Shown here: positions 1 through 11,851 of the stretch, one piece after another
Layout of the letters: the number at the start of each line of letters is the position of its first letter
How positions within the stretch are numbered: position 1 is the stretch's first letter
DNA from: an uncultured candidatus Brocadiaceae bacterium
Lineage (GTDB): Bacteria; Planctomycetota; UBA1135; UBA2386
Reading direction: 5' to 3'
DNA: 55,379 nt
NCBI GenBank assembly: GCA_964469555.1
Contig: CAYYAQ010000004.1
Location: 28,093 to 83,471, forward strand
Made by a program: the position numbers and the translations under genes
Notes under the pieces: model-generated
Database searches by the model: none
Seen by the model: the letters and a program-made list of their open reading frames with translations, nothing else
What the model was told of the DNA's origin: nothing

Positions 1-1
1 C

Positions 2-589
2 AGTTGCAGCGAGATCACCCTGCCGACGTTCGTTGTCCTGCCCATTCCGTTCCCCGGCACGCCGATCTTCCGCGAGATCGCGGCGAAGGGAGAGATCCTC
101 CCGAACACGCACCTCCGGGATCTCGACGGCACCACGTTGTGCGTGCGCCCTTTGGACCCGATAGGCGAGGTCACCGATTTCGTCCGCGGACTGCAGTCGC
201 TGCGGGGTCACCGCATGCACGCCCTGACCCACGCGTTCGGGTTCCTGCGCCGCTATCACCGTCCGCTCAACATGCGCCAGTTGGCGATCGGCTTCGCGCG
301 TGACCTCTCCCTGGCAAGTGTGCCGCTGGACTTCCGCGCCGGCAAGGCCCCTCTCTCCGCGATCATGGGGCGCCGCGGTCGGCCCCGGACCCACCTCAGC
401 ACGACCGAAATCCTCGACGCCACCTACACCCCGGCGTTCCCGGTCGCGTACCGGTACAAGGACTACTTCAAGCCGACGAAGATCACGGACGCCGCCGGCA
501 ACCTGGTCGAAGACCTCGCCGATCAGCTGCTCGAATCCGACGGTTCGAAGCTGCACTCCACAGGCACGGCGCAAGTCAGCGGAACCTGA
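2..589 (+). CDS. Radical SAM protein (probably B12-binding class), C-terminal part; 5' end lies outside the window
   Basis: The frame is open from base 2 (SCSEITLPTFVVLPIPFPGTPIFREI...). IPFPGTPIF matches the PxPGTP motif in the C-terminal half of radical SAM enzymes. The CxxxCxxC motif is not in the window. Confidence 0.6.
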   Translation, partial: SCSEITLPTFVVLPIPFPGTPIFREIAAKGEILPNTHLRDLDGTTLCVRPLDPIGEVTDFVRGLQSLRGHRMHALTHAFGFLRRYHRPLNMRQLAIGFARDLSLASVPLDFRAGKAPLSAIMGRRGRPRTHLSTTEILDATYTPAFPVAYRYKDYFKPTKITDAAGNLVEDLADQLLESDGSKLHSTGTAQVSGT

Positions 590-631
590 GCAGGAGCGGA
601 CGCCGGGCGGCGACGGGTGTATGGTGCGGCA

Positions 632-1072
632 ATGCGGGTCTCCCTCACCACTCTTGCACTCGTGGCGGTGACGCTTGCCACCACCGCGGTGGCCCAGATC
701 CGGTTCACGAGCCCGCGCGGTTTCCTTTCGAAGGAGGGCGCCGACATGTGTCACTTGATGGGTGCCCTGGAGTACGGTCGTCACGACATCCTGGACGGCG
801 AGCATCGCGGGAAGCCGTTCGTGATGAAGGAACTGGCGTTTCGCGCGGACTATCGCCAGCACTTCGCGGGCGGACGCACCTGGGCGAACGCCGGGCTACG
901 GATGGCCGAGTGCGACATGCCCAAATATGAAGTGGCGTTCTCGAAGGTGGCGACGAGTTGGCAGCTGCGCTATCCGAACCGGTCCGGCGAACTCCTTCGA
1001 AGAGCTGCCGGTGATGCGAATCACGAACTGAGTAGTCGGCAGCGAACTTCGACGCGGAATCCTAGGGGGTGA
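632..1072 (+). pseudogene. Secreted protein, apparently C-terminally truncated
   Basis: Clear signal peptide (MRVSLTTLALVAVTLATTAVAQ) followed by about 85 aa of protein-like sequence (SPRGFLSKEG...KELAFRADY). After about 950 the translation looks non-protein-like and runs into the stop of the opposite-strand gene. Confidence 0.45.
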
Positions 1073-1502
1073 TCGTGACCGACAGCGCGCCGTGCAGATA
1101 GATGCACTTCGGGCTCGCGTTCTCGATACAGCCCGTCTGGATGCAGACCTTCTGCCCGACGAGAGACCGATCCCTTGGGATGAGCACCCGGAGCGAGGTC
1201 GCGTACAGGACGATGATCGGTCGGCAACCGAGGATGCAGGCGCGACCGCAAGCCAGAGGAACGGGAAGCGCCACGTTCAATCCCGCGGTGCCGATGACGA
1301 TGAACCGGGCGGCGCCGCGGGTGCGGCACGGTCCGGCGGTGACGCCAAAGCCCTTGCCGAGGCCGGGGCTTCCGGCGGGGGTCGGGTACGCGGCGTTCGG
1401 GCAGCCGGTCTTCGGTATCCTTGCGACCTGGGATGCAGCGGACGCGGAGAAGACCGTGGCCGCCACCAGGACCGCCGTGAAGGACAAGAACTTGCCAATC
1501 AT
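1062..1502 (-). CDS. Small Cys-rich secreted protein consisting of a signal peptide plus the shared C-terminal domain
   Basis: RBS AAAGGAG before ATG 1502; signal peptide MIGKFLSFTAVLVAATVFSASAASQ; ends IPRDRSLVGQKVCIQ...GALSVTITP. Confidence 0.75.
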   Translation of the reverse strand: MIGKFLSFTAVLVAATVFSASAASQVARIPKTGCPNAAYPTPAGSPGLGKGFGVTAGPCRTRGAARFIVIGTAGLNVALPVPLACGRACILGCRPIIVLYATSLRVLIPRDRSLVGQKVCIQTGCIENASPKCIYLHGALSVTITP

Positions 1503-1602
1503 GATGTCTCCTTTGGTATGGTGGGTGGTGAATCGGCAGGCGTCGGTGTTGTGTGTCCCGGCATGCAACGATCGTCGGGCCTAATCGGCCGAAACCGCGT
1601 AA

Positions 1603-2385
1603 TCAGCCGCGGTTGGAGCCCAAGGCCCGAAGACGACGGTACTTCACCCAGTCGTAGTACCCGGCCATCCACGCGATCGCGAATCCGCGCCATCCATCGA
1701 GGAAGCCCAGTTGGAACAGGATGCTCTTGATCGCCGCCGCCGGCGGTCGCATCAGCGGGTCCCACACGGCGGCGCGACGACCGCGGTCGTGCATCGCCTG
1801 CGCCGCGATCTTCGTGAAGGACTCGATCGTGCTCTTGTGGTGGGCGAAGTCCCGGTAGCTCAAGTGCTCGATCGCCCCACGGAGCTTCGTCGTCGCCGCG
1901 CCGGGATCGACCTCGACGCGGTCGTGCGGGTTGGTCCCCCCCCACTTCGCCTGCCGCCGGTCGAACAGGCGAATCTTGCGCTCCGGGCCGAACATCCCGT
2001 GGTTCACGACTCGACCGAGGTAGTGGTTGCGGCGCTCCACCTCGTACGCCGATGCTGGCCATCCGCTCGATCGCAGCACCTCGATCTCTTCGCGCAACGC
2101 ATCGGTCACCCGTTCGTCGGCATCGAGGCAGAGCACGCGGTCGTGGGTCGCCGCGTCGACCGCGAGCTGCTTCTGCTCCTTGTGTCCAGGAAACGGCGTG
2201 TTCACCAGAACGCGAGCGCCCGCCGCTTCCGCGAGCTCACGGGTACGGTCTTCACTGCCGCTGTCGACGACGAGGACCTCGTCACAGAATGCGAGCGACG
2301 CCACGCAATCCGCGATCCGGTCCTCCTCCTGGAACGCGATCACGCAGCCGGAGATCGGAAAGGCGTTCACGTCCGTCGCCGTCAC
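1603..2385 (-). CDS. Glycosyltransferase family 2 (WaaE/KdtX-like)
   Basis: Motifs IAFQEEDRIADC, VVDSGSEDRT and LCLDADERV, and C-terminal GFLDGWRGF. The GTG start overlaps the upstream stop (GTGA). Confidence 0.9.
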   Translation of the reverse strand: MTATDVNAFPISGCVIAFQEEDRIADCVASLAFCDEVLVVDSGSEDRTRELAEAAGARVLVNTPFPGHKEQKQLAVDAATHDRVLCLDADERVTDALREEIEVLRSSGWPASAYEVERRNHYLGRVVNHGMFGPERKIRLFDRRQAKWGGTNPHDRVEVDPGAATTKLRGAIEHLSYRDFAHHKSTIESFTKIAAQAMHDRGRRAAVWDPLMRPPAAAIKSILFQLGFLDGWRGFAIAWMAGYYDWVKYRRLRALGSNRG

Positions 2386-3209
2386 CCGGTCGCCGCTTCC
2401 GGTTGCACGATGCCGAACTCGCAGGTCGTGGCGTATCGCCGGCTGTCGTAGTAATCGTAGTTCGGCTCGGCGCGCACCACCTCCGGCAGGTTGCGCCGCG
2501 GATCCAGGTCGTGCGAGCAGTGGAACACCCAGTTGTGCCCCCACAGCGAGCGTCCCTTGAACCCCGCGTTGCGCAGGCGGTTGCGGATGTCCGAGTCCTC
2601 CTTGCTGAATCCATCGAACTTCTCGTCGAACCCGTTCACGGCGATGAGGCTCTCCCGCGTCGCAGCCCAGTTGCCGCCGAGGATCTTCGGCTTCTTCCGC
2701 TGGCCGAGGAACTTGTAGATGAGCTCCTTGCGGTGGATCTTCTTGAACTCCTTGCGCTCCGCAGGCGTGCACACGTCGTCAATCTGCCCCGACGCGATCT
2801 GATCGAGGGTCAACGCCCGCGTCCGCTCGAGGGGCATGCGCACGTAGCCCGCGGTCGCGAAGTCGACACCGCGGTCACCACTGAGCGCCCGCACCATGCT
2901 CTTCGCCCACCAGGGTGGCGGGACACAGTCACCGTCGAGGAACAGCACGCATCGTCCCTTGGCCTTCCGGATCGCGTTGTTGAGCGCGCGAGACTTGCGA
3001 AAACCCTGATCCTCCTGCGTGGTGAAGACCACGGGAAACGAGGCGCGCTCGGCGAAGGCATCGACGAGTTCCCGCGTGTCGGGTTGCGAACCGTCATCAC
3101 CGATGAGGAGTTCGTCCATCGCCAGCGTCTGCGTGAGCAGACCCTCGAGAACCAGGGCGAGGGCATTCGGCTGGTTGTAGCTGCTGATGATCAGGCTGGT
3201 GTCGGTCAC
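2382..3209 (-). CDS. Glycosyltransferase family 2 with galactosyltransferase-like C-terminus
   Basis: LIISSYNQP, DDGS, FLDGDC, and GNW...VNGFDEKFDGFSKEDSD. Confidence 0.88.
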   Translation of the reverse strand: MTDTSLIISSYNQPNALALVLEGLLTQTLAMDELLIGDDGSQPDTRELVDAFAERASFPVVFTTQEDQGFRKSRALNNAIRKAKGRCVLFLDGDCVPPPWWAKSMVRALSGDRGVDFATAGYVRMPLERTRALTLDQIASGQIDDVCTPAERKEFKKIHRKELIYKFLGQRKKPKILGGNWAATRESLIAVNGFDEKFDGFSKEDSDIRNRLRNAGFKGRSLWGHNWVFHCSHDLDPRRNLPEVVRAEPNYDYYDSRRYATTCEFGIVQPEAATG

Positions 3210-3286
3210 GTCGGTCGGACAATAAGCGGCGCGGATTCGAGTTTCCTCGGTAGCCACCGTGCGGCGGCCAGGATTTTGCGCGAATG

Positions 3287-3808
3287 TCAGTCCTCGAGCA
3301 ACCGCACCAGGATCTCCTGGAGAATCGAGAGCCTGACGATGGAGATCTGCTTTTCGGGGTCCAAATCGTCGTCCACCTCGCGGTCGACGTCCTCCGCGGT
3401 GAGGCCGTCGAGAATGAAGATCGCATGGGTGCCCGCCTGCAGAGTACTGATCCAGGCCGACACGTGGGCGGCGGGGATCCAGACATTGAACAGGGTCTGG
3501 TGCGAGAGGCGCTTCTCATCCTCCTCGATGTCGCCAGTTGGTTCGAAGTCAGGGGCGACGATCTCGAGACTCTGAAGGTCGCCGCGCACGATCTCGGTCC
3601 GCTTCGCGATGAGGTGTTCGAGGGACGATCCGAGGGCTTCGCGCCACTCCTTGTCCTCCTGTTCGTCCTCGTAGGCCTTCGGCAGCAGCCTTGCCCGCAC
3701 GTCGGGATTGTCGCTCTCGATCCACTCGGGCAGGCACAGAAGCGTGTCGACTACCCACATGGGCATCTCCTGCAGCCAGACCCCCTCGTCTTCCCTCTCG
3801 ATGTGCAT
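3287..3808 (-). CDS. DUF2017-like protein (usual ClpS neighbour)
   Basis: Acidic 173-aa protein with RLLPKAY...EW and a W...L motif; lies 10 bp downstream of clpS, the known arrangement for this family. Confidence 0.65.
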   Translation of the reverse strand: MHIEREDEGVWLQEMPMWVVDTLLCLPEWIESDNPDVRARLLPKAYEDEQEDKEWREALGSSLEHLIAKRTEIVRGDLQSLEIVAPDFEPTGDIEEDEKRLSHQTLFNVWIPAAHVSAWISTLQAGTHAIFILDGLTAEDVDREVDDDLDPEKQISIVRLSILQEILVRLLED

Positions 3809-3818
3809 CAGCGGTAGT

Positions 3819-4157
3819 TCAATCCCCTTCGCTCCGCTCGAGGTGGGCCAAGAGGTGCTTGCCGTGCAACTTGTGCACGAACAGTTCGGCCTGCTCGCGA
3901 TCTCCGGTCCAGACAACGGACCGCCCCGTACTGTGTACTTCCATCATCAGTTGGTGGGCCTTTCCCTGAGCGTAGCTGAAGATCTCCATGAAGGCCTTCA
4001 CGACGTAGATCATCGTCGTGACCGGGTCGTCGTGCACAATGACGTTCCAAGGCGTGGACAGCTTGGTGACGGTGTCCGTCTCCGGCTGTTCCACGGTCTT
4101 CGTGCCGCTCGCGTTCGCGGCCAGGCGGGGGGCGATCCACTCGTGCATGAGCGTCAT
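3819..4157 (-). CDS. clpS: ATP-dependent Clp protease adaptor ClpS
   Basis: WNVIVHDDPVTTMIYVV...LMMEVHSTGRSVV...EQAE ClpS signature. Confidence 0.93.
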   Translation of the reverse strand: MTLMHEWIAPRLAANASGTKTVEQPETDTVTKLSTPWNVIVHDDPVTTMIYVVKAFMEIFSYAQGKAHQLMMEVHSTGRSVVWTGDREQAELFVHKLHGKHLLAHLERSEGD

Positions 4158-4217
4158 GGTACGGGAGGCGAAGCGCGGATTGAATAGACTCTGATCTCTT
4201 CGACAATCCGCGAGTTC

Positions 4218-5678
4218 GTGCGTTGGGAATCGGCGATCAAAACGCCCTCGAGGGTGGTAGAAGTCTGCACCTCGATGCCCACCAAGAGCCTGAACGCCCT
4301 CGCGACACCGCTGGTGATCTCCTTCACCTTCAGGTTCATGTTCACTTTAGTGGATCTGGTGTTCGTGCGGGCCATCAAAGACGAGGCGCCCGAGGGGGTC
4401 GCCGCGATCGGAGTCTTCATCCCGATCCAGACCCTGTTCATCGCGATCTGGGTCGGGCTTTCGGCGGGTTTCACGGCATCGATCAGCCAGGCGTTCGGCA
4501 AGAGGGACGAGAATCGGGTGCGTGCCCTGAAACGGGCGATGATCTGGCTCCACCTGGCGCTGGTGCCGGTTCTCCTGGGGTTTGCGGCCATCATCTACCT
4601 GGCGACGCCGCTCCTGAACCTCAAGCCGGACCTCGAGCGGGACTTCCTCACGTACTCGCTCATTCTCGTCTGCGCGATGCCGTTCTCGGGTTTCCTGTCG
4701 ATCTACCCCGACTCGATCGTGAAGGCGCACCACGACACGATCAGCACGATGAAGGCCGGCATCTTCTCGACGCTCGCGAACGTGTCGCTCAACGCCCTGT
4801 TCATCTTCGTCTTCGACTGGGGCATCGCCGGCATCGCCCTGGCGACGGTGTTCTCGCGCTACGCGGGGCTGGGCTACGCCGCGTTCCGTACACACATACT
4901 GGAAAGGGCGCGTCTCGCGGGAGTGGACGGGGAGGTCTGGGACCGCGGACCATCGACGTGGAGCCGGCAACCCATGCGCGAAATCCTCGCGCTCGGCCTC
5001 CCCGGGTGCCTCGCCTTTGCACTCGTCTTCGGGGAGGAGTGGACCCTGACGGTACTGCTGACCCGCGAAGCCGACTCCGAGGTCTACCTTGCGGCAGTCG
5101 CCGTCTACAACCGATTGGCGAGCCTGGCGATCATGCCCGCGGTCGCGACTGCCGTGGCTGTACTCCCGTTCGTCGCGCGTCTGGCCGCAGAGAATCGCGT
5201 GTCGGAAGTGCGCCGCGACCTCTGGCGCAGCACGGTCATGTCAACCGGACTCGTGCTGGCGATCGCGATCCCCGTCGGATGGCTCTTCCCCGGCGCACTC
5301 GCCGAGTTCTTCGTGGGCGATCGGGCCGCGAAGGCAGGGGCAAACATGACGATCTACCTCGCGCTCATTCCCGCTGTCGTCGTCCTCGCGCTGCCGTACG
5401 TGCTGATGCGCCCCGTCTTCGAAGCGCTCGGCATGCCTCGGATCGGCGTGCGCGTCAGCGTGATCAAGTCACTCGGATTCTGCGTCCCGCTGCTGGTAGC
5501 AGGGTATTTCACGGCGAAGACGCTCGATGGCGACCCGCTGCTCGGCATCATCATCGGCGTGATGGTGGGACAGCTTCTGGCCTCGCTCGTCACGGTGTGG
5601 TTCTGCCGCAAGCTCCTGGCGACGAGCGGAGAGACCGATTCCGAGCCCGCGCCTGCGAGAAACACCGAATCGGTGTAA
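4218..5678 (+). CDS. MATE family efflux transporter / flippase
   Basis: About 12 hydrophobic segments; ISQAFGKRD and NVSLNALFIFVFDWGIAGIALAT MATE motifs. Start codon uncertain. Confidence 0.88.
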   Translation: MRWESAIKTPSRVVEVCTSMPTKSLNALATPLVISFTFRFMFTLVDLVFVRAIKDEAPEGVAAIGVFIPIQTLFIAIWVGLSAGFTASISQAFGKRDENRVRALKRAMIWLHLALVPVLLGFAAIIYLATPLLNLKPDLERDFLTYSLILVCAMPFSGFLSIYPDSIVKAHHDTISTMKAGIFSTLANVSLNALFIFVFDWGIAGIALATVFSRYAGLGYAAFRTHILERARLAGVDGEVWDRGPSTWSRQPMREILALGLPGCLAFALVFGEEWTLTVLLTREADSEVYLAAVAVYNRLASLAIMPAVATAVAVLPFVARLAAENRVSEVRRDLWRSTVMSTGLVLAIAIPVGWLFPGALAEFFVGDRAAKAGANMTIYLALIPAVVVLALPYVLMRPVFEALGMPRIGVRVSVIKSLGFCVPLLVAGYFTAKTLDGDPLLGIIIGVMVGQLLASLVTVWFCRKLLATSGETDSEPAPARNTESV

Positions 5679-5686
5679 CCGAACCC

Positions 5687-5716
5687 GCATCGCCACCCAC
5701 TGGGGGGTGGAGATGC
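5687..5716. terminator. Imperfect hairpin between convergent MATE and egtD genes, possible terminator
   Basis: GCATC-G-CCACCC / loop / GGGTGG-A-GATGC, 8 bp after the MATE stop; no U-tract. Confidence 0.35.
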
Positions 5717-5786
5717 CGACATGCCCGGACGAGACGGCGCGGCGTGCGGTTCGCTGCCGACAAGACAGCCTATCGGGCCTTCGCTC

Positions 5787-6839
5787 CTACCCGAGGATGG
5801 CCTTCGCGTGTGGATGCCCGGGGCGAAGGAACAGGTAGACGACGAACCAACCGTCGTCGTCGCTGAACGCCTGTGCGCACTGCAGTGGGAATCCGGCAGG
5901 TGCGACGATCCGTTCGACGGCGTGGAAATCGTACTTCTGAGAGTGCTCCGTGATGATCCACTCGCCCTTGGCGAAGGAGAACTCGTGGTCACCGACCTTG
6001 ATCACCTGTTCCTTCTTGCTGATCAGGCGCATTTCGATCCGGCTGGCAACGTCGTCGAACACCGCTTCGTGTTCGAATCCATCGATGTCGACTTCGGCGC
6101 CGAGCTCGCTGCGCATGCGCTCGAAGAGGTTCAGGTTGAACCGCGCCGTCACCCCAGCCGCGTCATTGTACGCCCAGTGCAGATCGTCGATGGTCTTGTG
6201 TTTTTGATGCGAATCCTCGATCCCGTGGTGCTCGGCCGGGTAGCGGTCCACTCCCAGAATGAGCGCCCCGTCCTCGCCGACGCATCTTGCGACCATCGTG
6301 AGGAACTCCCTGGCTTCGTCCCCGCTGAAGTTGCCGATCGTCGAGCCGGGGAAGTAGGCCACGGTGCACCTGCTCTCCACTGTCTCCGGAGGCAACTCGA
6401 AGTCCTGGGTGTAGTCCGCACAAAGCGGCTGCACGACGGTTTCGGGATACTCTTCCTGCACGCGAATCGCGTTCTCGACCAGGTGTTCACGACTGATGTC
6501 GATCGGCACGTAACTCGCGGGCTGCGTCAGGGCGGTGAGCAGGAGGCGTGTCTTCACGCTTGAGCCACTGCCAAACTCCACCAACCGAACCCTCTCGCCC
6601 AGGGTTCGCGCCATCACCCCGGCCATGTCCTCCATGATTTGAGTCTCCAACCGCGTGGGGTAGTACTCCGAGAGCCTCGTGATCTCGCCGAAGATGTCCG
6701 CGCCCTTGGCGTCGTAGAAGAACTTGCACGGGATCGTCTTCGGTCGCTGGGACAGTCCGGCGACGACCTGCTCGAGGAAACTCTCGACCACGGGTTCCAG
6801 GTCGTAGAGACGGACCTTGCCGAAATCGACGACCTTCAA
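5787..6839 (-). CDS. egtD: L-histidine N(alpha)-methyltransferase
   Basis: KTIPCKFFYDAKG, ITRLSEYYPTRLE, VEFGSGSSVKT, FPGSTIGNF, AYNDAAGVTARFNLN, TEHSQKY. Confidence 0.92.
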   Translation of the reverse strand: MKVVDFGKVRLYDLEPVVESFLEQVVAGLSQRPKTIPCKFFYDAKGADIFGEITRLSEYYPTRLETQIMEDMAGVMARTLGERVRLVEFGSGSSVKTRLLLTALTQPASYVPIDISREHLVENAIRVQEEYPETVVQPLCADYTQDFELPPETVESRCTVAYFPGSTIGNFSGDEAREFLTMVARCVGEDGALILGVDRYPAEHHGIEDSHQKHKTIDDLHWAYNDAAGVTARFNLNLFERMRSELGAEVDIDGFEHEAVFDDVASRIEMRLISKKEQVIKVGDHEFSFAKGEWIITEHSQKYDFHAVERIVAPAGFPLQCAQAFSDDDGWFVVYLFLRPGHPHAKAILG

Positions 6840-7165
6840 GTTGTCTCCTGACCCTCTTCGAGCGCGTCGCTCTCAGACTCTTGTTCGGGCTCGCTGTCGA
6901 TCACCCACGAGACGACCCAGCCGTTCTTGTCCTTGCAGAGGTCCAGGGAGACGTCCGGGGCGTCAGCGAGAGGCCAGGTCTCGCACTCGGTTTCGAGGAG
7001 TTCGTCGGCCTGGTCGAGGGCCTTCTCGCCGAGCTTCGCGGTCGGAACCGGGTGCTGTCCGGTCAGCCGAGTCGGGACGAGTACGCCACTGCGCGGGTGG
7101 TAGCGGCGGTGTACCGCGTCAGACATCTCCGCCATCAGGGCGCGGGCGATAGCGTTCGCATCCAT
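6836..7165 (-). CDS. Hypothetical acidic protein
   Basis: 109-aa ORF whose stop overlaps the egtD start (TTGA); same strand as its neighbours. Confidence 0.6.
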   Translation of the reverse strand: MDANAIARALMAEMSDAVHRRYHPRSGVLVPTRLTGQHPVPTAKLGEKALDQADELLETECETWPLADAPDVSLDLCKDKNGWVVSWVIDSEPEQESESDALEEGQETT

Positions 7166-7189
7166 GAGGAAATCATAGGTGTTTCGTTT

Positions 7190-7604
7190 TCACAGACCAG
7201 CGAGCTTGATGATCGCTCGCCACTCCTTCTTGGTCACGGGTTGCACTGACAACCTGGAGCCACGGCGAAGGCGCATCATGTCATCCAGCGCGGATCACCG
7301 GGATCGCTGTCCTTGTCGAAGTGCCGAAGTGCTTGTCGCCCGGATCGAACGCGGTGTGATCCGGGTATCCCTCCTTGACCACCTTGGCGATGCCGGTGAT
7401 CCCCATGGGCTTCGCGTTCGAGTGGTAGAACAACACGCCGTCGCCCTTCTTGATCTCGTCGCGAAGCAGGTTGCGGGCCTGGAAGTTTCGCACGCCGTCC
7501 CAGTGGGTCCGCTTTCTTGGTGACGAGCGCAGCTCGTCGAACGAGAACGTGGTCGGCTCGGACTTGAACAACCAGAAACGACCGGTGTCGGGCAGCGTGG
7601 GCAT
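7190..7604 (-). pseudogene. EVE domain protein, disrupted
   Basis: N-terminus FWLFKSEP...WDGVRNFQARN...FYHS; middle HFDKDSDPGDPRWM and C-terminus RRGSRLSVQPVTKKEW lie in different frames. There is an 8-bp duplication and an internal deletion. Confidence 0.85.
7317..7332. repeat. 8-bp tandem duplication CGAAGTGC x2
   Basis: Read directly from the sequence; it frameshifts the EVE gene. Confidence 0.9.
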
Positions 7605-7714
7605 GGCGGGAGTATCGTGATCGCCCCTCGAATCGACAAGCTTGGTTCGCGGGAGCGAAGTGGTAGAATCAGCGGTTTCCAGCCAATCTCCGCCCGAGCC
7701 TGACCCTAGCCACG

Positions 7715-10405
<2,691 letters not shown>

Positions 10406-10516
10406 CGCGGCTGGAGCCCGGGTCAGCGGGTGGAAGTTCGGAATACCTGGATTCTCCGGAGAGTTAGCGGGACTGCCAGGCTATTCGATGCCAGCCCCAA
10501 ACCCCAGGAGTCCCAG

Positions 10517-10765
10517 ATGTCGGCCAGAGAAGCAGGAATCGGAGTTGTCAGCCTTATCGTCGGCGGAGTGATCGCCGGCCTCACCTGGGCCGCCATCTGT
10601 GCGAAGAAAGAGGACACCGTCGACAAGACCGCGGATGACGCCACGGTGGCTGGAACCCAGAACGCGGACGGCTTCTTCACGAATCGACCGGACCGGCTTC
10701 TAGGGTACTACCAGCGCGCTTGCCCGTCCCCCAGCGAGACGCTGAGGAAGCTCGGCTACGATTGA
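10517..10765 (+). CDS. Small membrane-anchored hypothetical protein (82 aa), possibly a remnant
   Basis: AGGAG RBS upstream of ATG 10517; N-terminal TM helix; ends LRKLGYD. Confidence 0.55.
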   Translation: MSAREAGIGVVSLIVGGVIAGLTWAAICAKKEDTVDKTADDATVAGTQNADGFFTNRPDRLLGYYQRACPSPSETLRKLGYD

Positions 10766-10810
10766 GTCAGCGATGCTCTCGACACTGTGCCAGGCACAGC
10801 ATCGAAAGTC

Positions 10811-11851
10811 CTAGCCGACTTCCCACGTGTCCGGGCCGTCGAGGAGCGTCTGCAGGTCTTGCTCGCCGCGCTTTTCCTTGGCCGCGTTGATCTGCGCGTT
10901 CACCGCCAGTTCGAACGCGGGACGCACCGTGTTGCGGAACACGCCGATCGGAACGGGGAACCTCTCCTCGGACATCGAGGCGAGCGCCATGGCGCGGGCC
11001 GGACTCTCGTCCGACTCGTCCCAGACGATCACATCGTCGATGGTGACTCCGTTCTCGCCGATCGTGATCACCTCGGGCCGCATGTCCGCATCGAACCGCA
11101 GTCCCTTGTCGTTCTCAGCACCAAACAGCAGCGGCTTGCCGTGTTCGAGGTTGACAGTACGGTCCGCCCGCACGGCCTTGTCGCGGAAGCTGTCGAACGC
11201 GCCGTCGTTGAAGATGTTGCAGTTCTGATAGACCTCGACGAGCGCAGTCCCTTCGTGTCCAGCCGCCAGCGTGATGATCTCCTCGAGGTGCGACCCGTAC
11301 GTGTCGATCGATCGCGCCACGAACGTCGCCCCAGCGCCGAGCGCGAGGTTGACCGGACGCATCGGGTAGTCGACGGACCCCATCGGCGAGGACTTCGTGG
11401 TCTTGCCCGCCTCCGACGTCGGTGAGTACTGCCCCTTCGTCAACCCGTAGATGCGATTGTTGAACAGCAGGATCTTCAACCCGACGTTGCGGCGCAGTGA
11501 GTGGATGAAGTGGTTCCCGCCGATCGAGAGCGAGTCCCCGTCTCCCGTGACAACCCAGACGTCCAGCGCGGGGTTCGCGGTCTTGACGCCTGTCGCGAAC
11601 GCGGGTGCCCGACCGTGGATCGTATGGAACCCGTAGGTCTCCATGTAGTACGGGAAGCGACTCGAGCACCCGATTCCGGAGATCACGACCGTGTCGTGGA
11701 GGTTCTTTCCCAGCTTCGCGAAGGCAGACTGCACCGCGTTGAGGATGCCGTAGTCCCCGCAACCGGGGCACCAACGGACGTCCTGATCGGACTTGAAGTC
11801 CTTCTTCGTAAGAGGCGCACTATTGCTGGTGGCGGTCATCTTTGTGCTCAC
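10811..11851 (-). CDS. korB: 2-oxoacid:ferredoxin oxidoreductase, beta subunit
   Basis: WCPGCGD, SGIGCSSR, HTIHGRA, TPP motif GDGDSLSIGGNH...NNRIYGLTKGQ. The start may be ATG 11839. Confidence 0.95.
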   Translation of the reverse strand: MSTKMTATSNSAPLTKKDFKSDQDVRWCPGCGDYGILNAVQSAFAKLGKNLHDTVVISGIGCSSRFPYYMETYGFHTIHGRAPAFATGVKTANPALDVWVVTGDGDSLSIGGNHFIHSLRRNVGLKILLFNNRIYGLTKGQYSPTSEAGKTTKSSPMGSVDYPMRPVNLALGAGATFVARSIDTYGSHLEEIITLAAGHEGTALVEVYQNCNIFNDGAFDSFRDKAVRADRTVNLEHGKPLLFGAENDKGLRFDADMRPEVITIGENGVTIDDVIVWDESDESPARAMALASMSEERFPVPIGVFRNTVRPAFELAVNAQINAAKEKRGEQDLQTLLDGPDTWEVG

